DNA from: an uncultured Hormoscilla sp.
GTDB lineage: Bacteria; Cyanobacteriota; Cyanobacteriia; Cyanobacteriales; Desertifilaceae
DNA: 64,000 nt
NCBI GenBank assembly: GCA_963921275.4
Contig: OZ001293.3
Coordinates: forward strand, 96,001-160,000
Reading direction: 5' to 3'
The notes beneath the pieces are model-generated. The model was not told the DNA's origin. It saw nothing but the letters and a program-made list of their open reading frames with translations, and ran no database searches. The first letter of the stretch is position 1; the number at the start of each line of letters is the position of its first letter. This document shows, piece after piece, positions 52,747-63,873 of this stretch. The position numbers were made by a program, and so were the translations under genes.

Positions 52747-55659
52747 ATGAAGCTAATCAAACGGACAACCCTCCTATATCAGGAGGGAAAGTCAGATAAG
52801 ATTTATGAAGTAGACCTATGCCAGACGGCGGCAGACCGTTATGTGGTAAAATTCCGCTACGGACGCCGTGGCAGTAAGCTCAAAGAAGGGGTAAAAACGG
52901 CTCAACCAGTGGCACTAGATCAGGCCCAGCAAGTATTCGACAAGCTGGTCAGCTCCAAGACGAAAAAAGGTTATCGCGATATTAGCACGGCAGAACCAGC
53001 AGCAACAGCACTGGACCCGACAGCACCGGACAGCGGTGAGGCCCGGAAACAAGCAATTCTCTCACGCCTAGCAGGAGGCGGAAACGGCAAGTGGCCAGTG
53101 TCGCGGGCAATATGGCGGGCCGGGGAACTGCAAATCTCGGAAGCGACCCCCCTACTGTTACCACTCATTAACAAGAATGACGCCCTGACAGATTATTGCA
53201 TTGCCTGGGCTTTAGGATGCTGTGGAGGTGAAGGTACACTGGAAGCGCTGCATGGTCTCATGCAAAATACCTCAACTCCGGAATTTGTCAGTCGCATCGC
53301 CTGGGAAGCAATAGTCAAACTTTCAGATAGTCAAACTAGGGCTTCATTACAGTCCCAGCAGATAGAAATGCTGCCCCAACAGCTACGAGACTATGCCAGA
53401 AATGGTTCGTCAGCATCCCTGGGAACAGCACTAGAAAGCTATCTGGATGGGGGGGACTACCAGAAGTTTGCGGTGTTGGATACTCTCTATCAAATTGATA
53501 ACCAGCACAGTCGCCCCGCCTTACTACATATATTGCGGACTGCGCCCTTACGTCCCAACTATTTTCGGCGCATGCGTCACATTTTCAAAATGGCTGAATA
53601 CCGCCATGATGGGGAAGTATTTGGCATTATTGCCTATCGCTTTGAACAAGAGAAGGCAATGTACCGCAGTAACTATGGGGGTGCCTATATCCGAGGGGTC
53701 GGGTACTTGCGGAAGTACGAATATCAGTATAACCGGGAAACTCGCAGGTATGAAAGACTGTCCAGTAATGAATTCCAAGAGGAAATGCAGCGTCCGGACA
53801 CGCGCATAGCCTACAGTGAAGCGACGCGGGAATATCTGCGGCGCCGGGTGTGGCGTACTCTCAAGCAGTTGGGAGAAGAGGGGTCCTCAGACTACGTGCA
53901 AATGGCTGCGGGCATACTGCTGACCTATTCTGATGATGATGTCGAGGCAGTAAAAGAGTCAATCTTTTATCGCTGGAACCGTTCTAACTGGACTCGCACT
54001 CAGTTCAGACGGCACTGGGACGCCTATGCTGGTTACTTGACATTTAACCATATCCTCTATGAAAATAGTCCCCGCTATGTGTTGATGCCTAATTCCCGGG
54101 GGTGGCGCTGTCGGGAAGGTTATCAACCGGGAGATCCAGAACCGGATGGGCGAGAGGAGGCTTTTCCGGAACTTTGGGAAGCACATCCAGAGGCGCTTTT
54201 GCAATTGCTTTTAGCCAGCAATTGTCGGCCAGTTCATCACTTTGCGGTTAAGGCTTTGCGAGTCTGTCAGCAGTTTTGTGCTACTATCGATGTTGACAGT
54301 TTAATCCAGTTGCTGAATAAACCCTATGAGGTGACGGCTCAACTGGGTTTTGCATTGGCCAGAGACCGCTATAACCCAGAGTATCCTAACATGGCTTTGC
54401 TGATGGCTCTGGCTAATTGCTTGTTTGCTCCAGCCCGCACTCAGGCCCATCAGTGGATCGCAGCCGCACCCGATCGCATCCTCTCAGATACTGGGGCGAT
54501 CGCATCATTAGTGACGAGTCAGCATTCGGACACCAGGGCCTTTGCACGGGAACTGTTAAGTTCGGCAGCGATCGGAAAGAATATAGCCAAGGTAGCGATC
54601 GGGCAGATTATTGCTGCGCTGCTAGCATTGGAGGAGACGGAAGCAGAAATTGCCCGGGAAATTGGCAAAACCTTGCTAAACTGTTTTCCCCAGCAGTTGC
54701 GGAAGTTAGGGTTGGGTGTTATCCTGGATTTGCTATCACACCCGATGCCAGAAATTCAGGCGATCGGGGCTCAGATCCTGTTAAATCACGAAACCCCAGC
54801 GGCGGAATTACCGCCAGAATTGATCGAATCCCTGCTATCATCTCCTTATGAATCGGTACGCAGTATAGGGATTGGGTTATTCGGTCAATTACCGGACGAA
54901 ACCCTGATGGGAGAACAGCGAGTAGTGATAGTAGCAATGGCCGTAAGTGCTGAGATCTCTATCCGCCAAGCCATCCAACCAATTATCCGCCGTCTAGCCA
55001 CAGAACATCCAGCATTTGGCACCCAGCTAGCGGGTGAATTGATCGAACTTTTGCTCGTTCCCGAAAGACATGAAGGGGTCCACAGCTATTTAGTGAGTCT
55101 GCTACGAGACTTTCCCTCGGAATGGATGACTGGCGTCACAAAAGAGACAGCATTGCAGTTGCTGCGGGCCAAATCTTCAGCAGCACGGGAATTGGGTGGT
55201 TTAATCCTCGCTGCCAATCATAGCAGTTGGGCCTCGGAATTTGAAACCCCAGAGGTCGTCAAGCTGGCCAGTCATGAGATTTTAGCCGTGCGATCGGCTG
55301 CGAGGGCCATGTTTTCCCAAAGGCTCGATCGCATCCGCAGAGATCCGCAAGAGAAATTATCAGCGGTGCGGTTGCTAGAGTCGAAATGGGAAGACACGCG
55401 CCAGTTTGCATTAGAAACATTTACGAACAGTTTCAGCAATGAAGACTGGACCCCAGAAGTAATGATTAGCATCTGTGACAGTATTCGAGAAGAGGTGCGT
55501 CAATATGGCAGAGACTTAGTCACGCGCCACTTCCAAGCCAGCAACGGCGAAGAATACCTCGTCAAATTCAGCGAACATCCCTCAGCGAACATGCAGCTAT
55601 TTGCCACCAACTATCTGGAAAGCTATGCGGTGGATAATCCCGATCGGTTAGAGCAGTAA
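52747..55659 (+). CDS. WGR-domain / HEAT-repeat protein, possibly C-terminally truncated
   Basis: SDKIYEV...YGRRG...KTKKGY; long helical repeats. Confidence 0.8.
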   Translation: MKLIKRTTLLYQEGKSDKIYEVDLCQTAADRYVVKFRYGRRGSKLKEGVKTAQPVALDQAQQVFDKLVSSKTKKGYRDISTAEPAATALDPTAPDSGEARKQAILSRLAGGGNGKWPVSRAIWRAGELQISEATPLLLPLINKNDALTDYCIAWALGCCGGEGTLEALHGLMQNTSTPEFVSRIAWEAIVKLSDSQTRASLQSQQIEMLPQQLRDYARNGSSASLGTALESYLDGGDYQKFAVLDTLYQIDNQHSRPALLHILRTAPLRPNYFRRMRHIFKMAEYRHDGEVFGIIAYRFEQEKAMYRSNYGGAYIRGVGYLRKYEYQYNRETRRYERLSSNEFQEEMQRPDTRIAYSEATREYLRRRVWRTLKQLGEEGSSDYVQMAAGILLTYSDDDVEAVKESIFYRWNRSNWTRTQFRRHWDAYAGYLTFNHILYENSPRYVLMPNSRGWRCREGYQPGDPEPDGREEAFPELWEAHPEALLQLLLASNCRPVHHFAVKALRVCQQFCATIDVDSLIQLLNKPYEVTAQLGFALARDRYNPEYPNMALLMALANCLFAPARTQAHQWIAAAPDRILSDTGAIASLVTSQHSDTRAFARELLSSAAIGKNIAKVAIGQIIAALLALEETEAEIAREIGKTLLNCFPQQLRKLGLGVILDLLSHPMPEIQAIGAQILLNHETPAAELPPELIESLLSSPYESVRSIGIGLFGQLPDETLMGEQRVVIVAMAVSAEISIRQAIQPIIRRLATEHPAFGTQLAGELIELLLVPERHEGVHSYLVSLLRDFPSEWMTGVTKETALQLLRAKSSAARELGGLILAANHSSWASEFETPEVVKLASHEILAVRSAARAMFSQRLDRIRRDPQEKLSAVRLLESKWEDTRQFALETFTNSFSNEDWTPEVMISICDSIREEVRQYGRDLVTRHFQASNGEEYLVKFSEHPSANMQLFATNYLESYAVDNPDRLEQ

Positions 55660-55729
55660 TGACAAGGCCAGAGTCAGGGAATGAGAGAATTGTCAATTTC
55701 CCGTGCAATAATATGAGCATAAGATCGCA

Positions 55730-56146
55730 ATGTCTGCCAAAGATAGATTTCATGATTCAGTCAAAACCGGATTAATTAAACAGGGATGGAAAATTACCCA
55801 CGAGCCTCTATATCTAGATTTTGACAATACTAGAGTTAAAGTAGATTTAGCTGGAGAAAAACTGATTGCAGCAGAGCGAAACATTGAAAAAATTGCCGTT
55901 GAAGTAAAGAGTTTTATTGCACCATCAACTATCTATGAATTTTATTTAGCTGTAGGTCAAGGTTTATCTTATCGTATAGCTCTCAGGGAACAGGAACCGG
56001 AACGCCAACTATATCTTGCCGTGCCAATTTTTATATATCAAGAGTTTTTTCGCCTTACTTTGGCTCAAAAAACTATTCAGGAAGCCAAATTAAGTATTAT
56101 TCTTTACGAACCAGATGAAGAGGAGATTGTGCAATGGATAAGCTAA
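55730..56146 (+). CDS. xisH: XisH family protein
   Basis: MSAKDRFH, KIAVEVKSF, LYLAVP. Confidence 0.93.
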   Translation: MSAKDRFHDSVKTGLIKQGWKITHEPLYLDFDNTRVKVDLAGEKLIAAERNIEKIAVEVKSFIAPSTIYEFYLAVGQGLSYRIALREQEPERQLYLAVPIFIYQEFFRLTLAQKTIQEAKLSIILYEPDEEEIVQWIS

Positions 56147-56469
56147 ATCAGTATCGGGGTTTGATTGAAGAAATGCTCGATAAATATAGTGAAATTAAAC
56201 TATCTTACGGGGAGATAGAGATCTATACTTTCTTCGACAGAGAACGGGATCATTATCAGGTTTTTGAAGCGGGATGGAATAAGTATAAGCGAGTGTTCGG
56301 ACCGCTAATTCATATTGATATTTTGGATGGAAAAATCTGGATTCAGCATGATGGTACAGAGGTTGGCATTGCCAATGAATTGGTGGAGCTAGGGATACCG
56401 AAGCATGATATCGTGCTGGGGTATCATGCCAAAATTATGCGACAATATGATGGCTTTGCTGTAGGATGA
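56134..56469 (+). CDS. xisI: XisI family protein
   Basis: HIDILDGKIWIQHDGTE...DIVLG. Confidence 0.93.
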   Translation: MDKLNQYRGLIEEMLDKYSEIKLSYGEIEIYTFFDRERDHYQVFEAGWNKYKRVFGPLIHIDILDGKIWIQHDGTEVGIANELVELGIPKHDIVLGYHAKIMRQYDGFAVG

Positions 56470-56704
56470 TGATTATTTGTTATTAATTCCTGGCCCGATC
56501 GGGTGGTGGGGTGACGAAGCAACCGGGGGCGATCGGGGGGCGATCGGGCTAATTTGATGATAGCATGGTTAACAGGGATATTGTCTCACTAGGAGGAAAA
56601 AAATCCCCAAGCCATTGCTGGCACTGAATTTTAATAGGTATAAGTTGACAAATTAAAAAGGATAATGATAAAATAACAGTAAGAGTTACCGCAGGAGTTG
56701 AGCG

Positions 56705-57376
56705 ATGATAGCTTTAACCACTACTCCCGATCGCATAGATATATCGGAGTTGCCACAATGGCAGTCAGCCACTTGGGAAGATTACTGTGGCTATCGGGAC
56801 GATCGCAATTTAGAGAAGGTTCGCATTTTCTTTAACCACAACTACTTGTATCTAGACATGTCGAATGAAGGAATTAACCACGCTAAGGTTGTTGGTCTCT
56901 TTACGATGCTGTTTTTTATCTGGTTCGATCGCTTTTCAGAATTGACTGCTAGCTATCTAGGGGGGTGTTTAATTGAGAAGCCAAAAAATCAAGCGGCATC
57001 GCCAGATTTAGTTTTATATATAGGTGAAGGCGTCCCCGAATGGCAAGAAGGGGAACCGCGTCGTATTAATTTAAGCAAGTGGCGAGTTCCGGATCTGGTG
57101 GGTGAAATTGCCGATACTACCCTAGCTACTGACTTGGATGAAAAGAAACAACTTTATGCGGAATTAGAAATCCCGGAATATTGGGTCATCGATGTTCTGG
57201 GAGAACGGGTGCTTGCTTTTAGATTGCAGTCCGATGGCAAGTATCAACAGCAGCATAATTCGATCGCTTTAGAGGGTTTGCCGATTTCATTACTAGAGAT
57301 GACGGTAAAACGGCTAAATAAGGAATCTAATATTAGCGCTGGTGGCTGGTTTGCTCGACAAATTGGCAAGCTTTAA
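56705..57376 (+). CDS. Uma2 family endonuclease
   Basis: SPDL, PDLVGEI, IPEYWVID. Confidence 0.9.
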   Translation: MIALTTTPDRIDISELPQWQSATWEDYCGYRDDRNLEKVRIFFNHNYLYLDMSNEGINHAKVVGLFTMLFFIWFDRFSELTASYLGGCLIEKPKNQAASPDLVLYIGEGVPEWQEGEPRRINLSKWRVPDLVGEIADTTLATDLDEKKQLYAELEIPEYWVIDVLGERVLAFRLQSDGKYQQQHNSIALEGLPISLLEMTVKRLNKESNISAGGWFARQIGKL

Positions 57377-57622
57377 GATCCGTTTTCATACAACTGGATA
57401 ATTATAGCATAACTGCGAATATTTCCCTCCCAGGCTATTGATATTGGATATAAAATAATGTACAAATTATAATCCGATCGGGCTGATTTGATGATAGCAT
57501 GGTTAACATGGATCTTGTCCCACTACGAGCGATCAAGACTGAATAAGCAATTAAGTAAATTACAAGCTGATAGGCGATAATTTTGGCTAATTTAGGTGTA
57601 TAGTTTTTATGTCGGTAGCAAC

Positions 57623-59139
57623 TTAGATTATTTTGTAATCAAGGACAAATCTACTGCCCCAAAGTTAGTACTAAAAGCCAGATTCACATGTTCAAAGGCT
57701 TCGATTATACTGCCCCAAAGTTGGTACTAAAAGCCAGATTCACATGTTCAAAGGCTTCGATTAACCACTGTACTGCATCTCTGGTACAGGACTCGTAGTG
57801 ATTGTACAAAATCGCCAGTCGCTTTTCCAGGTATGGCTTCACTGTGCGGCAGATTAGTACAATCTTCAGTAGTAAGCCGACTGTCCGGGCAGGTCCATTA
57901 TTGGCTATTAGGTCAACAAAGACAAAGTGGTTCGGGTTCGCGCCGTTTTCCACTACCAGGAAGTTTAGCAACTGACTGCAAGTGCGGACCACCAAGAAGT
58001 CGCTCAACTTCTGATCGTCGCTAGTCGGGATCGCTTTTTTCAGGCGATCGTACAGTTGCCGATTAAATTTCCGCTGACCATACCTCGGATCTATCGACGC
58101 TGTCAAGTATTCATAGAGATCGTGTTTGTAAGCTCCGTAGGATTTTGTCTGCCTCGTCTGGGCCAAGAACTTCTGGGCCAAATCCTGATGAGTGTATGGG
58201 CCTTCCACTTTTCCCACGAATTGTTTCAGGGCCACCACCAGCTCCCGATCGCTCAACAGGGTCGGATTTGGGTGAGATTTGAGAATCCTCGCCACCTTTT
58301 CGGGGGGATATTTACGATACAGTTGAGAACGCCGTACTTGGTAAGTCACATACTGAGACAGGTCCACTTCAAATTTCCGCTGCCTTTCTGTTTGCACCTG
58401 TCTGATCGTTTGTTGTTGCTCGTAATTACTTTCTTCCCCCAACATGCAATGGGCGTACAGGTATGGGTAGCGGCTAATCAATCCCCCTAAAGGTTTATCT
58501 CCTCCCTTTTCATTCACCTCGGCGGTTTGGCTAAATACCTGGGCTAAGGGAGACAGAGTCAAATACTGTTCACTGTTGACAAAATCCTGTACCAGAGGAC
58601 GTAACCGTCTCACTGATATCCTATGAGTAGAACTACTCAGGAAATTTCCTTTACCGTAATTTTCAAACAGCCCCACTAACTCCCGGAATTGCCCCTTGCA
58701 GTTGGGGCTGCCTGCGCCAGTGGTTGATCAGGATGTGGCAGCATCTATTCAGGATAAACTTGAACTCCTGGTCTGCCTTTTTGACAGCCGCCAGCCGATC
58801 TAATGCCGCTTTGATTTCATATTCTGTGTAATTTCCCTCTATAAATAGAGCCCGAAAGCGATTTATCATCTCCTCTGGTGATGACTCTCGCACATAGGAG
58901 AGCAGATGGTCGTATATCACCTGCTCTTGGTTTTTTTTCCGATTTGAGCCGCCTCCCACAGCAATAGCTTGCTGAGATTTTCCTGCGACAGAAAATGTGG
59001 GAATTGAATCGGATTCATATTCTCTTTTTGAGGGAGCAAATATCTTTTTTGTAACTGGCAAACTTACTCCAGCAACAAGTACCTGATTATCCTCTTCAAC
59101 CACTTCATCTACTCGCTCAAGTTGCTGGACTGTTACCAT
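57623..59139 (-). pseudogene. Conserved cyanobacterial protein, frameshifted at ~58670 with a 56-bp 3' tandem duplication
   Basis: ILNRCCHILINHW and RYPYLY...LLKIVL in different frames; 57652-57707 repeats at 57708-57763. Confidence 0.75.
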
Positions 59140-59718
59140 GCGATCGACCTGGGATCTTGCAGCATTCCCCCATCTGCCTCCAGCTTAACAAAGATGCAAG
59201 ATGTGCGATACAGTTCATTGGCGATCGCGTCCGGCCACGGCGGTATCACATTCCATGTACATTCATTCGGGTGGCGCCGGGGCACGGCGGTATTACATCG
59301 ATCTGATTTACCTCACATCTGTTGATGCCGTGCCCCTTGTATGCTAAGATTAGTCTACATCACATTGCCTCACTCATACCATCTGTCCTCTTTGCCTTGT
59401 CTGTCACCTTCGGGTGGCGCAGGGGCACGATCGAAAGGCTACAGGCTCCAATACCGCCAGCGCGTTCCTCCTCAAAGGGTTAAGAAACCCTGTTTCTCCG
59501 AGAAACAGGGTTTCTGGGTGGGCGAGCGCTCGGAGGGAACTACCATCCTATATACTTAGTCACTTGAGTAGCTTACCGCTATCACCTAAAACCCGATCGG
59601 GCTCACAACCTACCCGTGGGGACGATCGCTAGCTAGAAAGGGCAAGCTATCCCTATAATAGTAAATGTGGAAGCAAAAAGAAGCCAAAGTCAAGGAAGAT
59701 TGACAAAGGAGAAGAAAT

Positions 59719-60330
59719 ATGATCAAAAAAATTGTAGTGACTCTCACCTTAATAACTCCTCTACTTTTTACTAGCGCCGTTAAAGCTGAGAATCCGGAAC
59801 ATGTAGAACAGTTATTGACAACTAGGGAATGTCATCGCTGCGACCTTTCAGGAGCAAACCTATTTCAAGAACATCTGATCGGCGCTGACTTGAGAGAAGC
59901 TAACCTGGAAGGCGCAAACCTCACCCAAGCTAACCTGGAAGGGGCTGATTTAACCGGTGCCAACCTACAGGGAGCTAACTTAACGGGCGCTCACTTAACC
60001 GATGCCAGTCTGAATGACGCCAACCTCAACCAAGTGAATTTTAGCAGTGCCAATATTTATAGCGTTGACGTATCAGGGGCATCAATGGTTGATATAGTCT
60101 TGACTGATGCCAACGTCCATAATACCGCAATCGGCGTTGGGGGAGTATATGAGGAAACCGACCTTGTAGAAGATCCCGAAAAATTATTTGTAGAATCTGC
60201 TACAGGATATATCGAAGGAAATGAGCTTCAAGAATATCCAGCACATTATCTGGTGGAATATCCTGATGCTCCCTATTCCTATCCTGAAGGCCACAAAGAA
60301 TATCCGGTCGTCAATACCTATTGGTATTAA
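59719..60330 (+). CDS. Secreted pentapeptide-repeat protein
   Basis: Signal peptide; CHRCDLSGANL; A(D/N)LxG repeats. Confidence 0.9.
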   Translation: MIKKIVVTLTLITPLLFTSAVKAENPEHVEQLLTTRECHRCDLSGANLFQEHLIGADLREANLEGANLTQANLEGADLTGANLQGANLTGAHLTDASLNDANLNQVNFSSANIYSVDVSGASMVDIVLTDANVHNTAIGVGGVYEETDLVEDPEKLFVESATGYIEGNELQEYPAHYLVEYPDAPYSYPEGHKEYPVVNTYWY

Positions 60331-60560
60331 GGCGCGGGCGGGGGATATATCGGGCGATCGCCTGGAAGGAACTGTAGGTTGGGCTTACCCACGACCCACG
60401 AAACCCAACAGTACCAATGCATGTTGGGTTTCGCTGATTTGTGCCCCGTGTATTATACCATACGATCGCCAGTCCTCTGGTGCGGAGTGCGACCCTACTC
60501 TGGAATTAGTCACGAATCATTTAGGATTGCTATAGCTAAAATATCGAGAAAAGATTGCCA

Positions 60561-62304
60561 ATGCGAAACAAACTTGTTACCTTCATCTTTTTCCTAGTCT
60601 TGATTTTCCTAGTCTTGAGGAGTGTGTGCGATTCGTTCTAGCCTAACGTGGTCAAACACGGAACGCTAGCCCGGTTTCATTAGCCGGGAACTCTGACCGC
60701 ATGGGGGTTAAATTCCCCTCCCCCCAGGTACGGGGGTGACACCGGTCCTCGGTGCTACGAAGCGACATCATCGTGGTGCTAAGCGAGGACTCAAATGTAG
60801 GATAACTGGCAGCCTAAGCCGGTGACGCCGCTAGGAAAGATATCCAAGGTTAGAGCAGGCAAACATGTGCAAGCCTCGTTATAAGGAACCAGCGAAATAA
60901 GGCTATATGCGCTGGCCTAAAAAGGAAATGGTAGCTAGTATTAGTTTTAGACTCTGGCTAATATAGTACTCAAATAGCTCCCGGGGTATAGTGTGGACCT
61001 AAAGGTATCGCGAAATGTTGTTAGGGAACGAAGTAACCTCTCGTGTGCTGTCCATCAGGACAAGTTAGATGTTAAGCGCAAGCCACGGGGGGAGGGATGG
61101 CCCAAGAAGCGAATGCCCGGGGTAATTCCTGGGATAACATCTACAGTAATGTAGATGATGCTGGGTAGCCAGCGCTGACGTGGGTCGGTGATACTAGGAA
61201 GCTGCTGGAATGAGTAATCCTAAAAAGCCACGGAACTAATCCGAAACGCAAGTGGAGGATAAGGTATGGATAACTGGTAAAACTGACTTGAAAATGGTGA
61301 TACTAACGGTTATCAGAACAACCACTCGCTAAACCAGGAAAGGGAAGAAAAGACAGGCGGCAAGGGCTAACGGAAGTAATTCCTATTAAGTCTACCTATG
61401 AAAAGGGCCTAGTACCCAGTAGCCGGATGCGGTGAAAATCGCAAGTCCGGTTCCTCAAGGGAGGGTCGGGAAGCGATTCCCGGCTCGACCCCATCCATTT
61501 CCCTTTAACCTGACTCAAGTCGCTAGGGATTGTTTGCCATTTTTCGATGAGGAGGACAATCCAGTGGCGGTTAATTTCGGGGGCGTACAAGATATTACTC
61601 CGGTGCCACCGGTTTTGTCGGAGTTCGATCGCGCCGTTAACCAAGTCTGCGGCGAACCGGGCAAAGCGGTGTCTCGTGCCGAATTCCAGCAATTGATGAA
61701 TGACCACCCGCAGGTTTTAGCAGCAATTCAAGACTTTACCGAGGGCAAGGTGTTTGGCTCACGCCCCACTCTCCGCGACACCGCAGCCTACCTCGAAGAT
61801 TTAACCGATGCCTGGTTCAACATCCACGGCTTCGACCACATTATCTGCGCCGAACCCACGGCAGGAGGATCCATTGGCGGCTTCCACTTCTGGGGACGCT
61901 ACCTGGAATTGCAGCAAAAAGGCTTGGCATGTCGCCTTCCAAACCTATCTCGCGCTGAAGTCATCCCTGGTGTCATCTATACTATGGGGGCAAAAATCAA
62001 AGTTGACGGCGGCGTGGCTAGTTCTCCCGTCAAGGGATATGGTCTTACCCTCAGTGCCGCCGACATTCTCAAAGCGGCCACCAAAGCGTTCGCGGAAAAT
62101 CCGACTGCGAGTACGAAGAGTAAGGGCTGTTTGTTGCCCCTGGAAGATGACGGTCGGGAGTTTATAACGGTGTTCGTGCGTCGCGCCGGTGGCATTCGCA
62201 CTTTTTATCCCGATGCGACACCGGATACAAACCGCAACCCCGACTGCAAAGCCGAGATTGTCTTGGCCTCCCGCGTCCATAGCTCGGTAGTGGGTCACAA
62301 TTAA
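60561..62304 (+). pseudogene. Putative secreted EndoU-like nuclease, interrupted by the intron (exons 60561-60625 and 61495-62304)
   Basis: Exon 1 MRNKLVTFIFFLVLIFLVLRS (signal-like); exon 2 GFDHIICAE..GGFHFWGRY...IRTFYP; joined exons are 1 nt out of frame. Confidence 0.65.
60626..61494 (+). ncRNA. ORF-less group II intron (IIB-like), copy 2
   Basis: 5' GTGCG; DV AGCCGGATGCGGTGAAAATCGCAAGTCCGGTTC; DVI ending CCCCAT; homologous to 6625-7458. Confidence 0.92.
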
Positions 62305-62525
62305 GGTGCGCGGTGCTCATCTTATCATTTTCAGGTTGAGATTGGACGAATCGTCGGTCTGAAACAATATCAAGTTTCGCGTCAGATAGGCTTGTCCAAA
62401 CCCGTGCTGTTGAAAGCTTTGTCTTGCTGGAGTGAGCAAAATCAGGGGAATAAACTGACTGCTGAGATATCTCATCAGATGTCGTCAGCCATCAATGGTT
62501 ACAACAGTTCCTACGAACGGAATAA

Positions 62526-62592
62526 TGGACGTAACTGGACTCGAACCAGTGACCGCCACGATGTCAACGTGGTGCTCTAACCAACTGAGCTA
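62526..62592 (-). pseudogene. tRNA-Val(GAC) copy lacking its first 7 nt (att-like)
   Basis: Matches 63667-63733 with one substitution. Confidence 0.85.
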
Positions 62593-63399
62593 ATCTATTT
62601 CGTCGGGGTTTATTCCCATTTCCAGTAACCGCTGGGCAAATTTTTCCGCACGTTCGCGTTCTTTTTCCGCACGTTCGCGTTCTTTTTCCGCACGTTGACG
62701 ATCTAAAAGGGCTTGTTCTTCCATGGCTTGAATTTTTGCCCGTTCTTCTTTCATTAATAGCTCCACCTGCGGGGGGTCTAGCAATTCTTTCGCCGATAAA
62801 ACTAGCCGCTCTAATTGACCAGAAACAATTGATTGCTCTTCGGTGAAATCAACAAAGCTATAGCCTTCTATCTTGGTGGGATTAGTAAATACCCTCACTC
62901 GTTGCTGTTTCGGGTCTATTATCCAATATTCGGGAATTTCCGCTATTTCGTATTCAGAGCGTTTAATCACGTAATCATCCCGGGCATTGCTGCTGACAAC
63001 TTCCACTACCAGAATCGGTTTTTCGGCAAAATCTAAAACTCCTGCACCGGTACGATGCTTGACTTGTTCCCAAATACTTTGGGTACAGACTACTACATCG
63101 GGAATTCGTGATGAATTTTCTTCGGTGCGGACACCCGTCGCTATAGAGTGCGCGACTAAATCCAAGTTTCGATCTGTAAGGTAGCGCAGTAACTTATAAA
63201 GCAAAAATTTGCAAATGTCAGTATGTAAGTGTGTTGCTGCTGGCATTCTTATTAATCGCCCCCTGTATAATTCATAGAGAACATCGGGTTCTCCTTCATA
63301 TTCGAGATATTCTGCAAAAGTGTACAAGCGTTCATTCCCTTGATGCTCTTTTTTTTGTGGTTCATTGATGGTAACCGCCTTTGCTACTGCTTGAGTCAT
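62590..63399 (-). CDS. Uma2 family endonuclease with an ERERAEK coiled-coil tail
   Basis: YELYRG, RIPDV, LVVEVVS, IPEYWIIDP. Confidence 0.9.
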   Translation of the reverse strand: MTQAVAKAVTINEPQKKEHQGNERLYTFAEYLEYEGEPDVLYELYRGRLIRMPAATHLHTDICKFLLYKLLRYLTDRNLDLVAHSIATGVRTEENSSRIPDVVVCTQSIWEQVKHRTGAGVLDFAEKPILVVEVVSSNARDDYVIKRSEYEIAEIPEYWIIDPKQQRVRVFTNPTKIEGYSFVDFTEEQSIVSGQLERLVLSAKELLDPPQVELLMKEERAKIQAMEEQALLDRQRAEKERERAEKERERAEKFAQRLLEMGINPDEID

Positions 63400-63512
63400 A
63401 ATGGACTTGCCTCTCGTGCGATCGGGTTCTTTGACTATTTTATCTAAAAAGTATTGGGAGCGATCCGGGTAGGGATGCTCGGCCCCTGAACGTGGGTAAC
63501 GGTTACGGGGAA

Positions 63513-63586
63513 TGGACGTAACTGGACTCGAACCAGTGACCCCCACGATGTCAACGTGGTGCTCTAACCAACTGGGCTATACGTCC
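63513..63586 (-). tRNA. tRNA-Val(GAC) duplicate with a D-stem mismatch
   Basis: Full 74 nt; D stem reads GCCC instead of GCTC. Confidence 0.75.
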
Positions 63587-63666
63587 ATTTAGAACATTTT
63601 GATTTGCTTGGGAGCGATCCGGGTAGGGATGCTCAGCCCCTGAATGTGGGTAACGGTTGTAGGGAA

Positions 63667-63740
63667 TGGACGTAACTGGACTCGAACCAGTGACCCCCAC
63701 GATGTCAACGTGGTGCTCTAACCAACTGAGCTATACGTCC
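63667..63740 (-). tRNA. trnV: tRNA-Val(GAC)
   Basis: GGACGTA/TACGTCC acceptor stem, CCACG-TTGACAT-CGTGG anticodon arm, GGTTCGA T-loop. Confidence 0.95.
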
Positions 63741-63743
63741 GTC

Positions 63744-63873
63744 ACAAAAACCAGCATAACACAACTTCTGGTCAGAGTGCAACAAATTTTTTTGCACTGG
63801 CAAGAGGCTGGATGTGCTGACAAAAATCAGCATAACACAACTTCTGGTCAGAGTGCAACAAATTTTTTGCACT
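63744..63873 (-). promoter_or_regulatory. Tandemly duplicated tRNA promoter region (~55 bp, two copies)
   Basis: TTGCAC-N18-TATGCT present in both copies. Confidence 0.6.

Noticed and set aside
55730..56469. fdxN-type excision element
   Set aside because: No recombinase nearby; stand-alone xisH/xisI pairs are common
61432..61494. N-terminus of the 290-aa ORF, and the antisense ORF 61396-61707
   Set aside because: Translation of intron domains V-VI
63400..63546. N-terminal extension of the Uma2 ORF
   Set aside because: Runs through the tRNA copy; the likely start is 63399
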